A DNA stretch of 64,000 nt from Halocafeteria seosinensis (lineage: Eukaryota). The notes under the pieces are model-generated. The model saw nothing but the letters and a program-made list of their open reading frames with translations. It ran no database searches and had not been told where the DNA came from. Of this stretch, positions 10,914 through 22,193 are shown piece after piece; positions within the stretch are counted from its first letter, which is position 1, and each line of letters begins with the position of its first letter. A program made the position numbers and the translations under genes. The stretch covers positions 62,001 through 126,000 of the forward strand of contig LVLI01000005.1 of the NCBI GenBank assembly GCA_001687465.1. Reading direction: 5' to 3'.

Positions 10914-13900
10914 ATGGAGCTGCAAGAAAACGGGGAGAATGAAGGGCCAGCTGCGCGCAGTTCGCACGCAGCGGGTGGCGACCAACAATCTAGCAATGCT
11001 CCTCTCCCGGCGTCCCACGACGACACCGTCCCGAATACGGCGATGGGGAGTACGGGTGGCCAATCTACTGAGGGGGAAGAGGGGGATTTGGATTTGGAAT
11101 TCCTCGCAGCTCGAGAGCATAGCATAGGCACCTCAACGGACGATGATTCAGAGGTCGAGGAAGAAAGACTGGGGGGAGCAAACTGGCCGAATACTCCCAC
11201 GTTGGATCAAGGCGCTGCCAGTTACGGCAGAAGTGCTTTTCCCCTGTCAGAAGGTCACGTAAGAGATAACGCAGCGTCAGCTGTTACAAGTGAAGAAATA
11301 AGCTCGGCGCTCGCTGGTGCCGATGACAACTCTCATACGTCGGGAGATGGAGCTGGGGACACATCTCCTGCGACATTTGCAACACAAAGCTCGACTGGGA
11401 AAAGAGTTGCTGATGCCTTGGCGGCAAATGCGGAAGGAGAGCTAGAGGAGCAGCGGGAGGAGCACACCGTCGAGTATCAGGGGAACCCCGACCTGGAAGG
11501 GGAGGAGTGTGGCACAAGCGCAACTGGGAGCGACTCCCCAAGCGATCAACATGGTCCTAAATTCGCAACTCAAAAGGAGAGAGAGGAATCATCTCAGGAG
11601 ACACAAAGCACTCAATGCCGCGAGACATGTTCTGATGAACGTGCAGAAGCCGAGACCGACGGTGACCGGCAGTATCGCCAAACCGCCTCCTCTGACGGTG
11701 TAGCAGCTTCTTCTTGTTGTAACGTTTCAGATAGGCAAGAGGAGGAAGATATGGTAAATGGAAATGGGATAAGTGAGAAAGATCAAACTCCTGGCATTAC
11801 TGCCTTTGCCCATTCAACGCCAACCACCGGTATCCGTAACATATACTCAAAACGGAATACAGCTGGAGAGCTCTCAGAAATAGAGTACAAGGTTGTCGGA
11901 TCTCATCAAGATGAAGAAGAGATCAATCAAGTGATGAGTATCCCAAACTCACTTGTTGGTGGTCCCACGTCGTCCCAACAGCATCAATCCAAGCTTAGGT
12001 TTGCCTCGGGTTCCAATTCGACGACTCCTACTTCCAGCGGAAACAGTTCCGCGGCTGGATTCGACGCAGTGGTTAAGGGAAGGATTAATATTATACGGAC
12101 CGGCTCTCAGGCTCCGCGACTTACTTCGCCGTCTAGCTGGGAGGGGCGGGAAGGCGCCGAAGATGACTGGTTCTATGATCCTCCTCCGAAGCAGGCCTGG
12201 CCGACACCTAAGACGGATACAGGAATCAAGTCTCCTCCATGGCCGGATGTTCGAGTAAAGACGAGTCCGGCTACTTCTCCCACTAGACAGATATCGTATC
12301 CATACTCTTGCAGAAACTCGTGGGCTAGTCCACATGGTGCTCAGGCTTCCAGGCTTGGCGACTACCTGCTATCCGCACGTCGGCATTCAATGCCGGAGAA
12401 TGATCTTGAAAGACCATCAAGGCATTTCTGCTTTGACACGGAAGAACAGAAAACTACGAAGTATCGCAGAAGGAGCGTTGCGCTAGGTACTATGAGCCCC
12501 GGAACACTGAAGTATGAGATCCCTTCCGCAGTAGATTCCCAAGGGAAGCTCCACAGGTTACCGGGAAGTGAAGGATACCATGGTGTGTATACTCGTGGAA
12601 TGGAGCTTTTGCAAAAGCGCTCGGATACCGTTTCACGGCACGTGGCGAAGCATGAGGAAGCTTTGAAGAAAGAAACCCCATTCAAACCGGAGTTCTTGTC
12701 TAGGAGCTACGATGCGAGTTACACCTCAAGAAAGAGATGGAGTATCTTCCGGCACTGGAAAGACATTCTGGAGGATCACCGGAGAAGGTTAGCTGATTTC
12801 TGCTTATGGAGAAGCACTATTACTCACCGTATGCATGTGCCGGCTGCAGATTAGAACGCTTAAGGGAAGAATACCGCCAGAAGGAGAACGAAGAGATGAC
12901 TTTTCGGCCGCATGTTGGCAAACCTCCAAAAGACTGGGATAGCAGGAATCTACATGATAAGCTTTTCCAGGAAGCGGAAGAGTTTAAAAGGCGTAAGAAG
13001 CAACTCGAAGAAACTTACTACGAAAACGAGGAAAGATTAGCAAAGGGGAAGCATGAGGAAATCTTGAAGAAGTCCCGGCGTCACTCATTAGAAGAAAAGC
13101 TAGATTCGTCCAAGCCCAGGGCTCTGCTGCTGTATGAAAGATCTCTTGAAAAGTAAGGATATGCGTATACAAATATGTAACTGAAACCTCGATGCCTATA
13201 CTATGGGGTTGCAGAATGCACGAAAAATCCGATGCCGCGAATCATGAGAAGGGCGAGTCACCGCGCCGTGTCGCTCATTCGGAACGACTCGCCAAACTGT
13301 CTGAGCCACGATCTAAAGCGGAACCGAAGAAACCTCGACCTGCATTGAAAGAAGGACCGTCAGCAATTTTGAAAGCTGATGGAGTTGAAAGTGGCAAACC
13401 ATCAGACCCCGCAAAGGTAAAGAAACGACAAGAAGAGGCAAAGGCTGCTTGTATCCGCCGTTTGCGAACGGCAAAATCCAACTTGTATCGAGATGATTCA
13501 GCAAACGCTGAGTCAAGTAGCCCTGGTGAAGGCAGCGTCAAGTTGGATGGCACTCCTCCCAAACCTGGTCTTTTTCAGTGGGAAGGATACACCTGGAAAG
13601 ACGCCCCCGAATCTACTCTTAAGAGGCATCCCTCAAAGTCTTCAACAGCCGCAAGTTCCAACCGAAGAGAAGGTAACTTCGTTAGGCGAGCAGAATTCTG
13701 GGTGAAGGCGTACAATGAGAAGCAACGGAATATTGCCAACCGTCAAGCTGAAAAAGAGTTAGAAGAAGCCAAGAATTGCTCGTTCAAACCGAAAATAAAT
13801 CCAGTTTCAAGGCACCTTACTGAACACCGGAGCAAAGGTGACGGGTCAACTGCGGGTTCGTATGAACTTGAAGAAGGAACTCCACCGAAAGGATATGAAG

Positions 13901-16353
13901 AGTTTTTGGAGCGAATGGGTCATGCACTAGCGTTGCGGGATGTCAATAACAGGTTAGATGTATCGAACGTTCGCCGTGGGGAAGCACCAAGCTCTAGAGA
14001 CGTAGCTGCCAAAGAAAGGATCAAACTTGAGTTCAGCAATCGTCGAAGGCAGTGGGAAGAACGGAAGAGACTGGAGGCCACTTCACGTCGACCATCCAGG
14101 GAAACGACATCGCCTTCCCGTCCTTCTCGAAGCTTTAGCAAGGAGACTTATGGTTCTAAAAAAGGCCAGCATGTGGAACAAGCCATGAATTCGGATTTTG
14201 GGGCCGATGAGGAGGGTACTAACCTGAGAAATGGTTCCCGTTTGCGCACATCTAGCTCAGAGTATGACGCCAGCTGGTTCGTAGACTCGACTCTACCAGA
14301 AAATTACTCGAATACATCTGTTTGGATGTATAGCCCCGAACGGGAACATCATTTTAGGGAAGGGATGTACTATCCTCCCAAACTGCCAGGCACCGCTATC
14401 TTCGAGATAGCGAAAGAAGTCGCCTCCGATCAGGGCCAACGACGAGATTCTTTCCCAGAGGATGTCAAACAATACGTTAAGTTTGGGCACCATGCCGCAT
14501 CTGATTCTGGTGCTTCTATTGCTGGTTCGCTTGGCGATGACTCCGGTCATGTTTCCACTCATCTCGAGTTCTCAGCTGGTATGGACGATGTCCGAAACGA
14601 AGCTCCTAAGCAGGTCTCGTACAAGGAAGGTTCGTCCTCAGAGCGAACGAGTTGGAAGCATATTCTGGATGACATAGAAGCGGACTCAAGGGAAAAGGAA
14701 TACCCTCCTCATGATTTTCCGTCAGAAGATGAAGAAGATGGCACAGCAGAAAATAATGATGGTGGTGCAACCTGGAAGCAGATACTCCAAGAAGTGGAAG
14801 ATGAACGAGCAAGTGCACGAAGGAAGAAAAAGAAGAAGAGAAGTAACGTTGGTAGAAGCGTTGAAAATGCTGCAAGAGTCGTTGATATTGACGACGCGGG
14901 GAAGAACGCTCGAGTTCAGAGTGCCATGAATGACGCCAACACTACAAGAATCGAAACGGTGCGAACGCCGGGCTACCCTCGACTGCCTCAGCGGGGAAGC
15001 AGTATTCAACGGAAACCATACAATGAGGTAATACCAGGAGCTAATGACGCTATTCCGCAACGTTCAGTCATGGGGCGTTTCCCCTACCATAGGGTTACAC
15101 GTGGCGGTATTGATCCACAGGAGGCCTCGCTCTCCTCTGCCCCGTCGGCATTATCCAGCCGCTCACAACTCCAGTCACAAGCAGCCGACCTCCCCCGGCT
15201 GAGTCCCCCGACAGACGCTACGAAGGAAAGTCTTTCCGACCGTTCGCTCCAGCATGCGTCGCCGACTGGTCCTACTGTACTCGAGAAAGAGACGGCAGAA
15301 TCCTCAGGTACACAGGAACGAGCTTCAAGCCAGCGCACCAGAGACGTCATCAACAGCAATACCGCGCCTGAAGAATTGGGAATGCTTGATATGTATGATC
15401 GTCTGACGACACTTCGGAACAGGTTTCGCCATGCAATATCAGCTCCAGAGTCAGGAGAACAGTCACCCAGTTGGAACACCCATCAAGCCGGTTTATCGAC
15501 CAGTAAACACGAGCATCATGCATCTCCAAAGTATGCTTCAAATGACGTCACTCCAGAAGCTCCTCATAGAAACACCATACAAACGCCAGGCACGACTACC
15601 GTAGCAACTGCACCAGCATCTGTCAGAACCAGAGCTGACCACATACAGACAGAGCAGTCAGAATTTCCTGAAGATGAGCCAGAACATAGTGTTGAGAAAG
15701 CGCAAAGCAATATGGATAATGATCATGATGAGTTTCCTTCTGACGATAGGGCAAAGGAAAGCGCAAAGCCAAGTCCTTATACTGAAGCTTCAGAAGGACA
15801 AATTCCCGGGTTTTCTCTTACTGGAAGAAAGGCTAGCAGGAGTAGTAATGACTCCCACCTATATCCTGAAGGAACTGTTTCCAACTTAAAGGAAAGCCTA
15901 TTCAAAATGCGCTCACCATTCCAGCGATATCATGACGCACAACCTACTCCACACAACCGCATAGATCCACGTAATTTCGTAGATTCTTCCGAGCCTCAGG
16001 ACACCGCAAGTCAGTTTCGCCATGAAACTGATGTTCGTGACGCGTCTTCGAATGGCATTGCCACTCGATCTACCGTTAAAGAAAATCAAGAGCAGGAGGT
16101 CCCTAAGCGATCTTCGAAATCATCTATAAAGGCAATCGATTCATTCGACGCAGCCCCTCTTGAAGTGGATTCTGCCGTTGCAGAGAGAAAGTTCCCTCCA
16201 CTACATGCGAACGACTTACCTTCGGATATCATCACAAACAAAGGAGACCTTATGCAGCGATACAGAGAGGAGTATCGATTGCTCAAAGAAGTAATTGATG
16301 GTTGCACAAACGATGAAGATCCATGGCTTGCATTTGAAGAGAAAGGAGTCTGA
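10914..16353 (+). CDS. ~1,770-aa mostly disordered, Ser/Glu-rich hypothetical protein with (T/S/P)F(K/R)P motifs and short coiled coils
   Basis: Three ORFs join in frame through 62-nt introns 12788..12849 (HRRR|LERLR) and 13153..13214 (LEK|MHEK). Motifs TPFKPE, EMTFRPHV and NCSFKPKINPVSRHL. Confidence 0.7.
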
Positions 16354-16391
16354 ACGACACAACGATGATGCTTCAATCGCATTCTTGGTGT

Positions 16392-19300
16392 TCACATCTC
16401 TATGTCTGGGCTCGTTAACCAATTCAACGAGCTCAAGTACGACCGGCGGCGATGATGAACCCACATATAGGGAGAAACCACGAGCATTGAGAGCGCATGA
16501 CGGCGACACCGGCTGATAGTGAATCCATACTGGAACTGCACATAATCCAACAGTCATCGTGCTAAGTTGCATTTGCAGAAAGACGTAGAAGAGTTTCACT
16601 TCAATGAGAGTACTACTTACCAGTCTCGCATCCCAGGGGGCAATATGATATATAGAGCCCGGCACGAATAGTGTTTGAGGAGGAATATCATCCTCGGGAT
16701 TCTCCGATTGAATCGATGTCGGAGAGTTGTCAGTAGCATCTGTAAAGGATACAGTCTGTGGTTTTGCTGATTCATCAGCTCCCCCACCAAGCGTTTGTTG
16801 CCGGTGCTCCACCTCGAGTCGTCTCGATGAATCCATAGCAGTGCACGCGGCTTCTTCATCCTCTTGTCTGAGAGTTGCTTTAGTCGCGTCCATGTCGAAA
16901 GCATACTGGTGGGCATTCGTGCCACCAATTTCACGAGGATAGGAGCTATCTCTACGAACGCCATCTACTGGTGGTGGTAGATCCTCTCCAATCAGCCCTC
17001 GTAATTTACCTTCTTCGTTCATTTGCTGCAGTTCTAATGACATATCGTGTACCATGCCTTCAGTTAAATACACCCAATCCCTCTCACTAAAATCTTCATC
17101 ACTATCACTCTCAGAGTCGCTACAAATGGGTGAACAGTCTGCTTCACTACTATCTGGGGGAGCACTCTGTGAACCGGAAATCCTCCTCAAGGAGTGAGAA
17201 CCACGGGGCATCCACTGGTAGAGCCAATCGAACATAGTTCGTCCGGGTAACGACGACGTGGCAGATTGGTTGGAAGCAAAAGAATTCTCGTTGCTGTCGG
17301 AAGTTTTACTTTCCATTGGTGGATTGCTAGAATTCTTCCACACATACTCGCCAAGCTGACCCCAAAGTTTCCCGAGCACCAAGGTGGCAACGTCTCTACA
17401 AGCTTCCCAACCCACTCCGACGTACTGGAGGGCCCGCGAGCCTATCTTTCCGACTGGATGCCGTAGCAGCTGAGCTCTTAGATCTTCGATCCATACAGTT
17501 CGGCTCATCCTCGCCTGTGAAGAATTGCACAGTAGACAAGCGTCTCAACATTACAATATGTAAGGACTCACTTACAGCTGCGCGGACAGCCGCAACGCTG
17601 TGCAAGGATAGACGTGGCACCATATCGTCACCTAGGACAACTGACGTAATATAAGGTTCAAATAGGTTGCCCAGCTCTGTCGTCCATCAACATATATATA
17701 TATACCCATAACGCTGATGGAGGACCTGAAGCACTCACGGCGGAAACGTACCTTCACTACAGATAGGCGGAACCCCGTAACAGAAGCAGTGGAGCGGGTA
17801 GCTTTGGAAAGGCCAATCTGCTGGAGATTCGTTGGGATCTACTTGCTCCTCGTTGATAGGGGACTGCGCGCACTTTTTGTGAGCTTCTCTCGCAAACTTC
17901 ACGTTCGACGAAAACAAAAGTTTCATTGCTAACAACGCAGCCACTCCGCCACCCAAACTATGTCCTGTCACAATAAGCCTGTAATCTGAAAACTCTGCTA
18001 AGTATTCCAAAGCTATCGCACCAATGCCTCCAAGGCTTTGAAGTTCCTCTTTTTGAAGCTCGTCCCAGTCACTCTCTTGCTCGTATTCACTATCTTCAGA
18101 GACCCCGTCCTCATTGTGGACAGCTTCCGCGTCACAGTATGCATTGCGATTTGCCGAACCGTATGTACGCTTCCATGTATCGCAAAACGGCGATTGAACA
18201 GGGTCCGTCTGGGCAGGTGTACCAGAATTACTGTTCGTCGAATTAGAGTCCGCTTTGGTTGACACGTCATGACCTGCTACGTTTGCCGGGGTCCCGTTAG
18301 AAGCCTCAGCGTCTTGTTTAGACTCGTCTCTTTTCCTGCTAGCAGACTGCTGTGCAAGCCTTCTTTCACGATTTCGTCGCTCTTGCTTTGTTAGCGAAAG
18401 AACTTTTCCACTCTCTTGGTCTACCACAGGAGAGCGACCTAGCAATACGTTAGCACAGTACAGGAACCCTTCATGAACTTTACCATCTTTCAACCATTTT
18501 TGCACTTGTGACCGGGGATACTTCCTGCATATCGCCTCCAGCGGATCGTTGCCCGCCGGTGCCGCCTCCTCCTTGTCTCGAGTAGTTTCTTTCCTTGAAG
18601 TGCTCTTGTCATTATCTGGGATATCAAGATCTAGCTCTACATCCGCACCTGCTAGGTCAGTGAGTATATCGTATCTCGTCCTTGTACCGCGTATAACGAT
18701 CACTATAGCCTCAGCTTGTCGATCGATACAAATTACGTATGCCGGTCTACAGTGGGTGGACTGAAAATTGCATGCAACAACATCCGTGGGAGGTATCCGT
18801 GCCTGCGACCAATTAACTGTTGTGCCAAGTACGCGTAAGCAAGAGATACTTCTTGCGCACACTTACACGGCGTGCGAATTCAACTGAGTCGCCAGCATAG
18901 CCAGCAGCTGCAAATAGTGACCAGTGATGCAATTCGTTAGAAATATTTTTCGCTCCAGGTTGCCTGATCCGTTTAAAGTGAGAGGACTCGTATCGCTTGA
19001 ATGTCATAGTATCTCCTCCGCGCTCGACTGCACTTTAACTCTTCATTAAAGCTTGTCAACGCGTTGGAGGAAAACATGCACACTTACATTGGCTTGAATC
19101 ACTTCCCGTTGGATATTGCGGATATGTGAGTCCAAGAAATTCCTCATCGTAATTTAACTTATCACGAAGCTGTCTTGGGATCACAGGGGCTCCATACTTC
19201 AGACAATACCACAGCCATGCCGCCGTTTCAACGAGTGAGAACGGACCCAAAATTCGCTGAGCGTTCCGAATAGCCGCAAGAATGACCCAACTGCGCATGA

Positions 19301-19990
19301 AAAAGGATGTCTGCATACACTCTAAACCATTTCTTTTTATCATCCCTCGCTGCACTTACATAGACGCTTCCGAGGACTCGATGTCCGCCTGAAGTGGATG
19401 ATATCCCGGCCTCTCATCTTCGTCTGCATCCTCCTCCTCGTTGTCAAACAATGCTCGCTGCTTTGGTTCTTTCCCTCTATCTCCCTTTTGACGCTTCTTT
19501 CGGTGTTTTTTGCGTCTTCGATGGAAAAGCAAAGCTCCTCCATTTGTCGTCGTAACTTTGCTTAGTTCAATCGAATCCTCTGCGCCCGTCGCTCCTGCCT
19601 TCTTATGTCTCCTAACTGTGTTACTATTGCTGAAAGGATACCATGACGCCCAATCGCTAGGTGCTGCTCTATTGACAGCGTCATTCTGCGGAGGATGGTT
19701 GGAAGATGATGCAGTACCTCCTTCAGCTGCCACGTTGTTTGATTGTTCATCATTTGGAGGCTCTTGCCCTTCATCTGAATCGGATAATGAATGCTCTTGG
19801 CGGATCCATGAATGGAATTCGGTAGTTTGCTTTGATTGACGAGTCGTAGGCTCCATCGTATGCAAAGAGGGAGTAAAGCCAGCCCTGCTTCCAGTCAGCT
19901 CCTCGCTTTCGATCAAGCTCTTCAGCACGTACAGGGCCGAATCGAACCCAGCCAAGAGACGCTGAAACTTCTGAAATTTCTCGGGAGACT
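16392..19990 (-). CDS. Class 3 lipase / diacylglycerol-lipase-like alpha/beta hydrolase, multi-exon; start codon uncertain
   Basis: Motifs IVIVIRGT...DILTD, VHEGFL, LIVTGHSLGGGVAALL (catalytic Ser), CFCYGVPP, VVLGDDMVPRLS (Asp), GSIYH and, after intron 16536..16620, LVVSPYMWVHH..SYLSSL (His region). Further introns at 17515..17575 and 17677..17751, plus three upstream. Confidence 0.8.
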
Positions 19991-20254
19991 ATGGAACTTT
20001 GATGGAGTACAGCACCGCGTCAAGGGAGAAATAGAGGAAATAAAACCAAGTATAGTTGTGTTGAAGACTTCTTCAACTGGGGAACAACAGCACGCAATGT
20101 TCGATATTTATCCCTCAGAAGGAGCTCATGGAGCCCGTCCAATGAAGTCAACAAGTTGGAACCCTCTCATACCAAGTGCACACGGATACGATGGTCTACA
20201 GCCCCATGCGTCTGCGGCGGCAGTATAGTGGATGTGACGAAACAATCTTTCTGA

Positions 20255-20288
20255 TCATTGAAGTTGAAGGAACCTTCAACTTCAGTGA
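20255..20288. repeat. Inverted repeat: 12-bp perfect arms with a 2-nt centre, extendable to 16 bp with one mismatch
   Basis: tgaagttgaagg-aa-ccttcaacttca at 20259..20284. Confidence 0.85.
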
Positions 20289-20460
20289 AGTTCAGTCTCC
20301 ATGGGGCCTCATATGATAGGGGTCCAGTTCAGTCTCCATAGGGGTCTGAGTCCATACCAACTGGGAAATGAGAACTGTTGAGTTGTAAGATCTAGCATGA
20401 GTGCATCAGCTGTCCCTCTTTCCCTTCCTGTTTCAGTCATTCACCTCGTCAGAAAGAGAC

Positions 20461-21894
20461 ATGGGTTGTAGAGGCAGCAAACAGGCTAGCCAGTTCGACA
20501 CCATCGAGGGGATTGAACAGCAGAAGATACAACAAGAGACTTCTTCAACCCCGCAAGCAGGGAATGATGGTACCAAGATTGGTAGTAAGGGTACTGCACA
20601 CGCTTGTTCAGATCGGCCAGCGACGACGGCGGTCGCGGCATCTTCGGAAGAATCTGCCAACCTCAACGGCCAGTCGGAGCAGCACAAGGAATATGACCCT
20701 CAAGATTTCATTGTCTCGGAAAAGACAGCAGAATCGATTGTGCGAGAACCAGGCTCTGTGGGTGGTCAACAATTTACCATAAGAGATATGAAGGAGTGCC
20801 AAGTTTTACTCTTCGATCACACGGACCAAATAACAGTTGAACACTGTATAGATTGTTTGATATTCGTCGGCGCATGCTCTTCAAGTACATTCTTAAGAGG
20901 TTGCCGTGGGTGTCGCTTCATTCTAGCCACGCAACAGTTAAGGTTACGGGAATGCAAGGACTCTACGATTGAATTATTTAGTATGGTTCGCCCAATAATT
21001 GAGAACAGTAGGTCTCTCAGTTTCATGTGTCTTCGATGGACCTACTTTGGTCAGGAGGCGCATTTCGAAAAAGCGGGGCTTATTCCGTGGGATAACCGCT
21101 GGAGTGAGGTTTATGATTTCAGTGCTACAGGAGGAGTGTCGACAGATACTCTGGAACGAGGAGAAGCTACGGGTTACTCCGTCAACTGGAGTCCTGTTTC
21201 GCTTGAGGTGGAACTGAGCGACACTCTCGCAGATCTACCTGACGATATCGTGAACCAACAACAGGTCCGCCGAGTTGTGACGTTCGGTGAACGTTCTCTA
21301 TACAACGGGTTTCAGCAAACTCATGCGAAAGAGAAAGATACCGAGGGCTCTGAGGAAGACAGTGTTATTCCGTCAAAATGGATAGACGCAGAACAGCCCC
21401 TTTTCTTACCGCCGACGTTTGGTGTTATAAAGCGAACGTCCGGCGACACGACATTTGATTCTCCCACCTACCCTTGCTATATTGTTGTTGTGCTACCCTC
21501 GCTGCAACAAGGAACTGATGCTCGCCAGATTGCCACTTCTTTGTCGGGTATCAAGGTAGATTCGGAGCATATCTTGGCTTTAACTCGTTCACGACTCGTA
21601 CCCATCACCAAGGACACTCTAGAAAGTTTCAAGAAACCATTAAAGAGTACCTATTCCAAGCAATGGAAAGAGCAGGAGAAAGCTGTGAAGGAGTGTACAA
21701 AAGAGGTAAAAAAGAGAAAGAGAAAGAAGCTGGATATGCCAAAGTGGATAGTCCTTGAGTTTCGCGGGAATGAGGCGAACGAGAAACTATTACTCGAGCT
21801 GAATTCCTTAGGAAGCGTAAATTACAACAGCATGTTAGTGTTCACTGAACCCAGTGCAGTCACTTCAGCCCAAAAGGCATTTCTAACGGACTAG
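20461..21894 (+). CDS. RP2: RP2/XRP2-like tubulin cofactor C (TBCC) domain protein, probable Arl3 GAP
   Basis: N-terminal MGCRGSK (dual acylation motif, like RP2 MGCFFSK). Beta-helix PGSVGGQQFTIRDMKEC...QQLRLRECKD...RPIIENS...WSEVYDFS retains the conserved catalytic Arg position. Confidence 0.85.
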   Translation: MGCRGSKQASQFDTIEGIEQQKIQQETSSTPQAGNDGTKIGSKGTAHACSDRPATTAVAASSEESANLNGQSEQHKEYDPQDFIVSEKTAESIVREPGSVGGQQFTIRDMKECQVLLFDHTDQITVEHCIDCLIFVGACSSSTFLRGCRGCRFILATQQLRLRECKDSTIELFSMVRPIIENSRSLSFMCLRWTYFGQEAHFEKAGLIPWDNRWSEVYDFSATGGVSTDTLERGEATGYSVNWSPVSLEVELSDTLADLPDDIVNQQQVRRVVTFGERSLYNGFQQTHAKEKDTEGSEEDSVIPSKWIDAEQPLFLPPTFGVIKRTSGDTTFDSPTYPCYIVVVLPSLQQGTDARQIATSLSGIKVDSEHILALTRSRLVPITKDTLESFKKPLKSTYSKQWKEQEKAVKECTKEVKKRKRKKLDMPKWIVLEFRGNEANEKLLLELNSLGSVNYNSMLVFTEPSAVTSAQKAFLTD

Positions 21895-22193
21895 GCTCTG
21901 CGTAGTATAAGCTTCTCCAACCCTCCAACCATTAATATCAAACGAGTTGAACAAAAGTTTCCAGTAGTTTGTAGCCCACTTGAAATCGTGCGATGTGTGC
22001 TGTGACTCAGTCAGTTTGTGAAGGTCTTGACGGAGTTGGTTTTGTGGAAAATGTGCACTACGTACTCTAATGAGTATTGACTAAGTGTGTTTTATCTCTT
22101 GTTCATAACGTAGCTAAGCATTCCGTTCTTGTTCTTCTTTTCTTTGACTAGCTTGTCGAGGGGCTCATTCGTGGTAGCGTGGTACTCTATACG

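Noticed and set aside
16216..16535. Apparent coding overlap of ORF 16216..17508 with the plus-strand gene
   Set aside because: Caused by reading through intron 16536..16620; the spliced frame ends at 16392.
2879..21894. Functional cilia/cytoskeleton gene cluster (LC8-like, CH, RP2, FKP-motif protein)
   Set aside because: Interspersed with unrelated genes, and such genes are common in flagellate genomes; no evidence of co-regulation.
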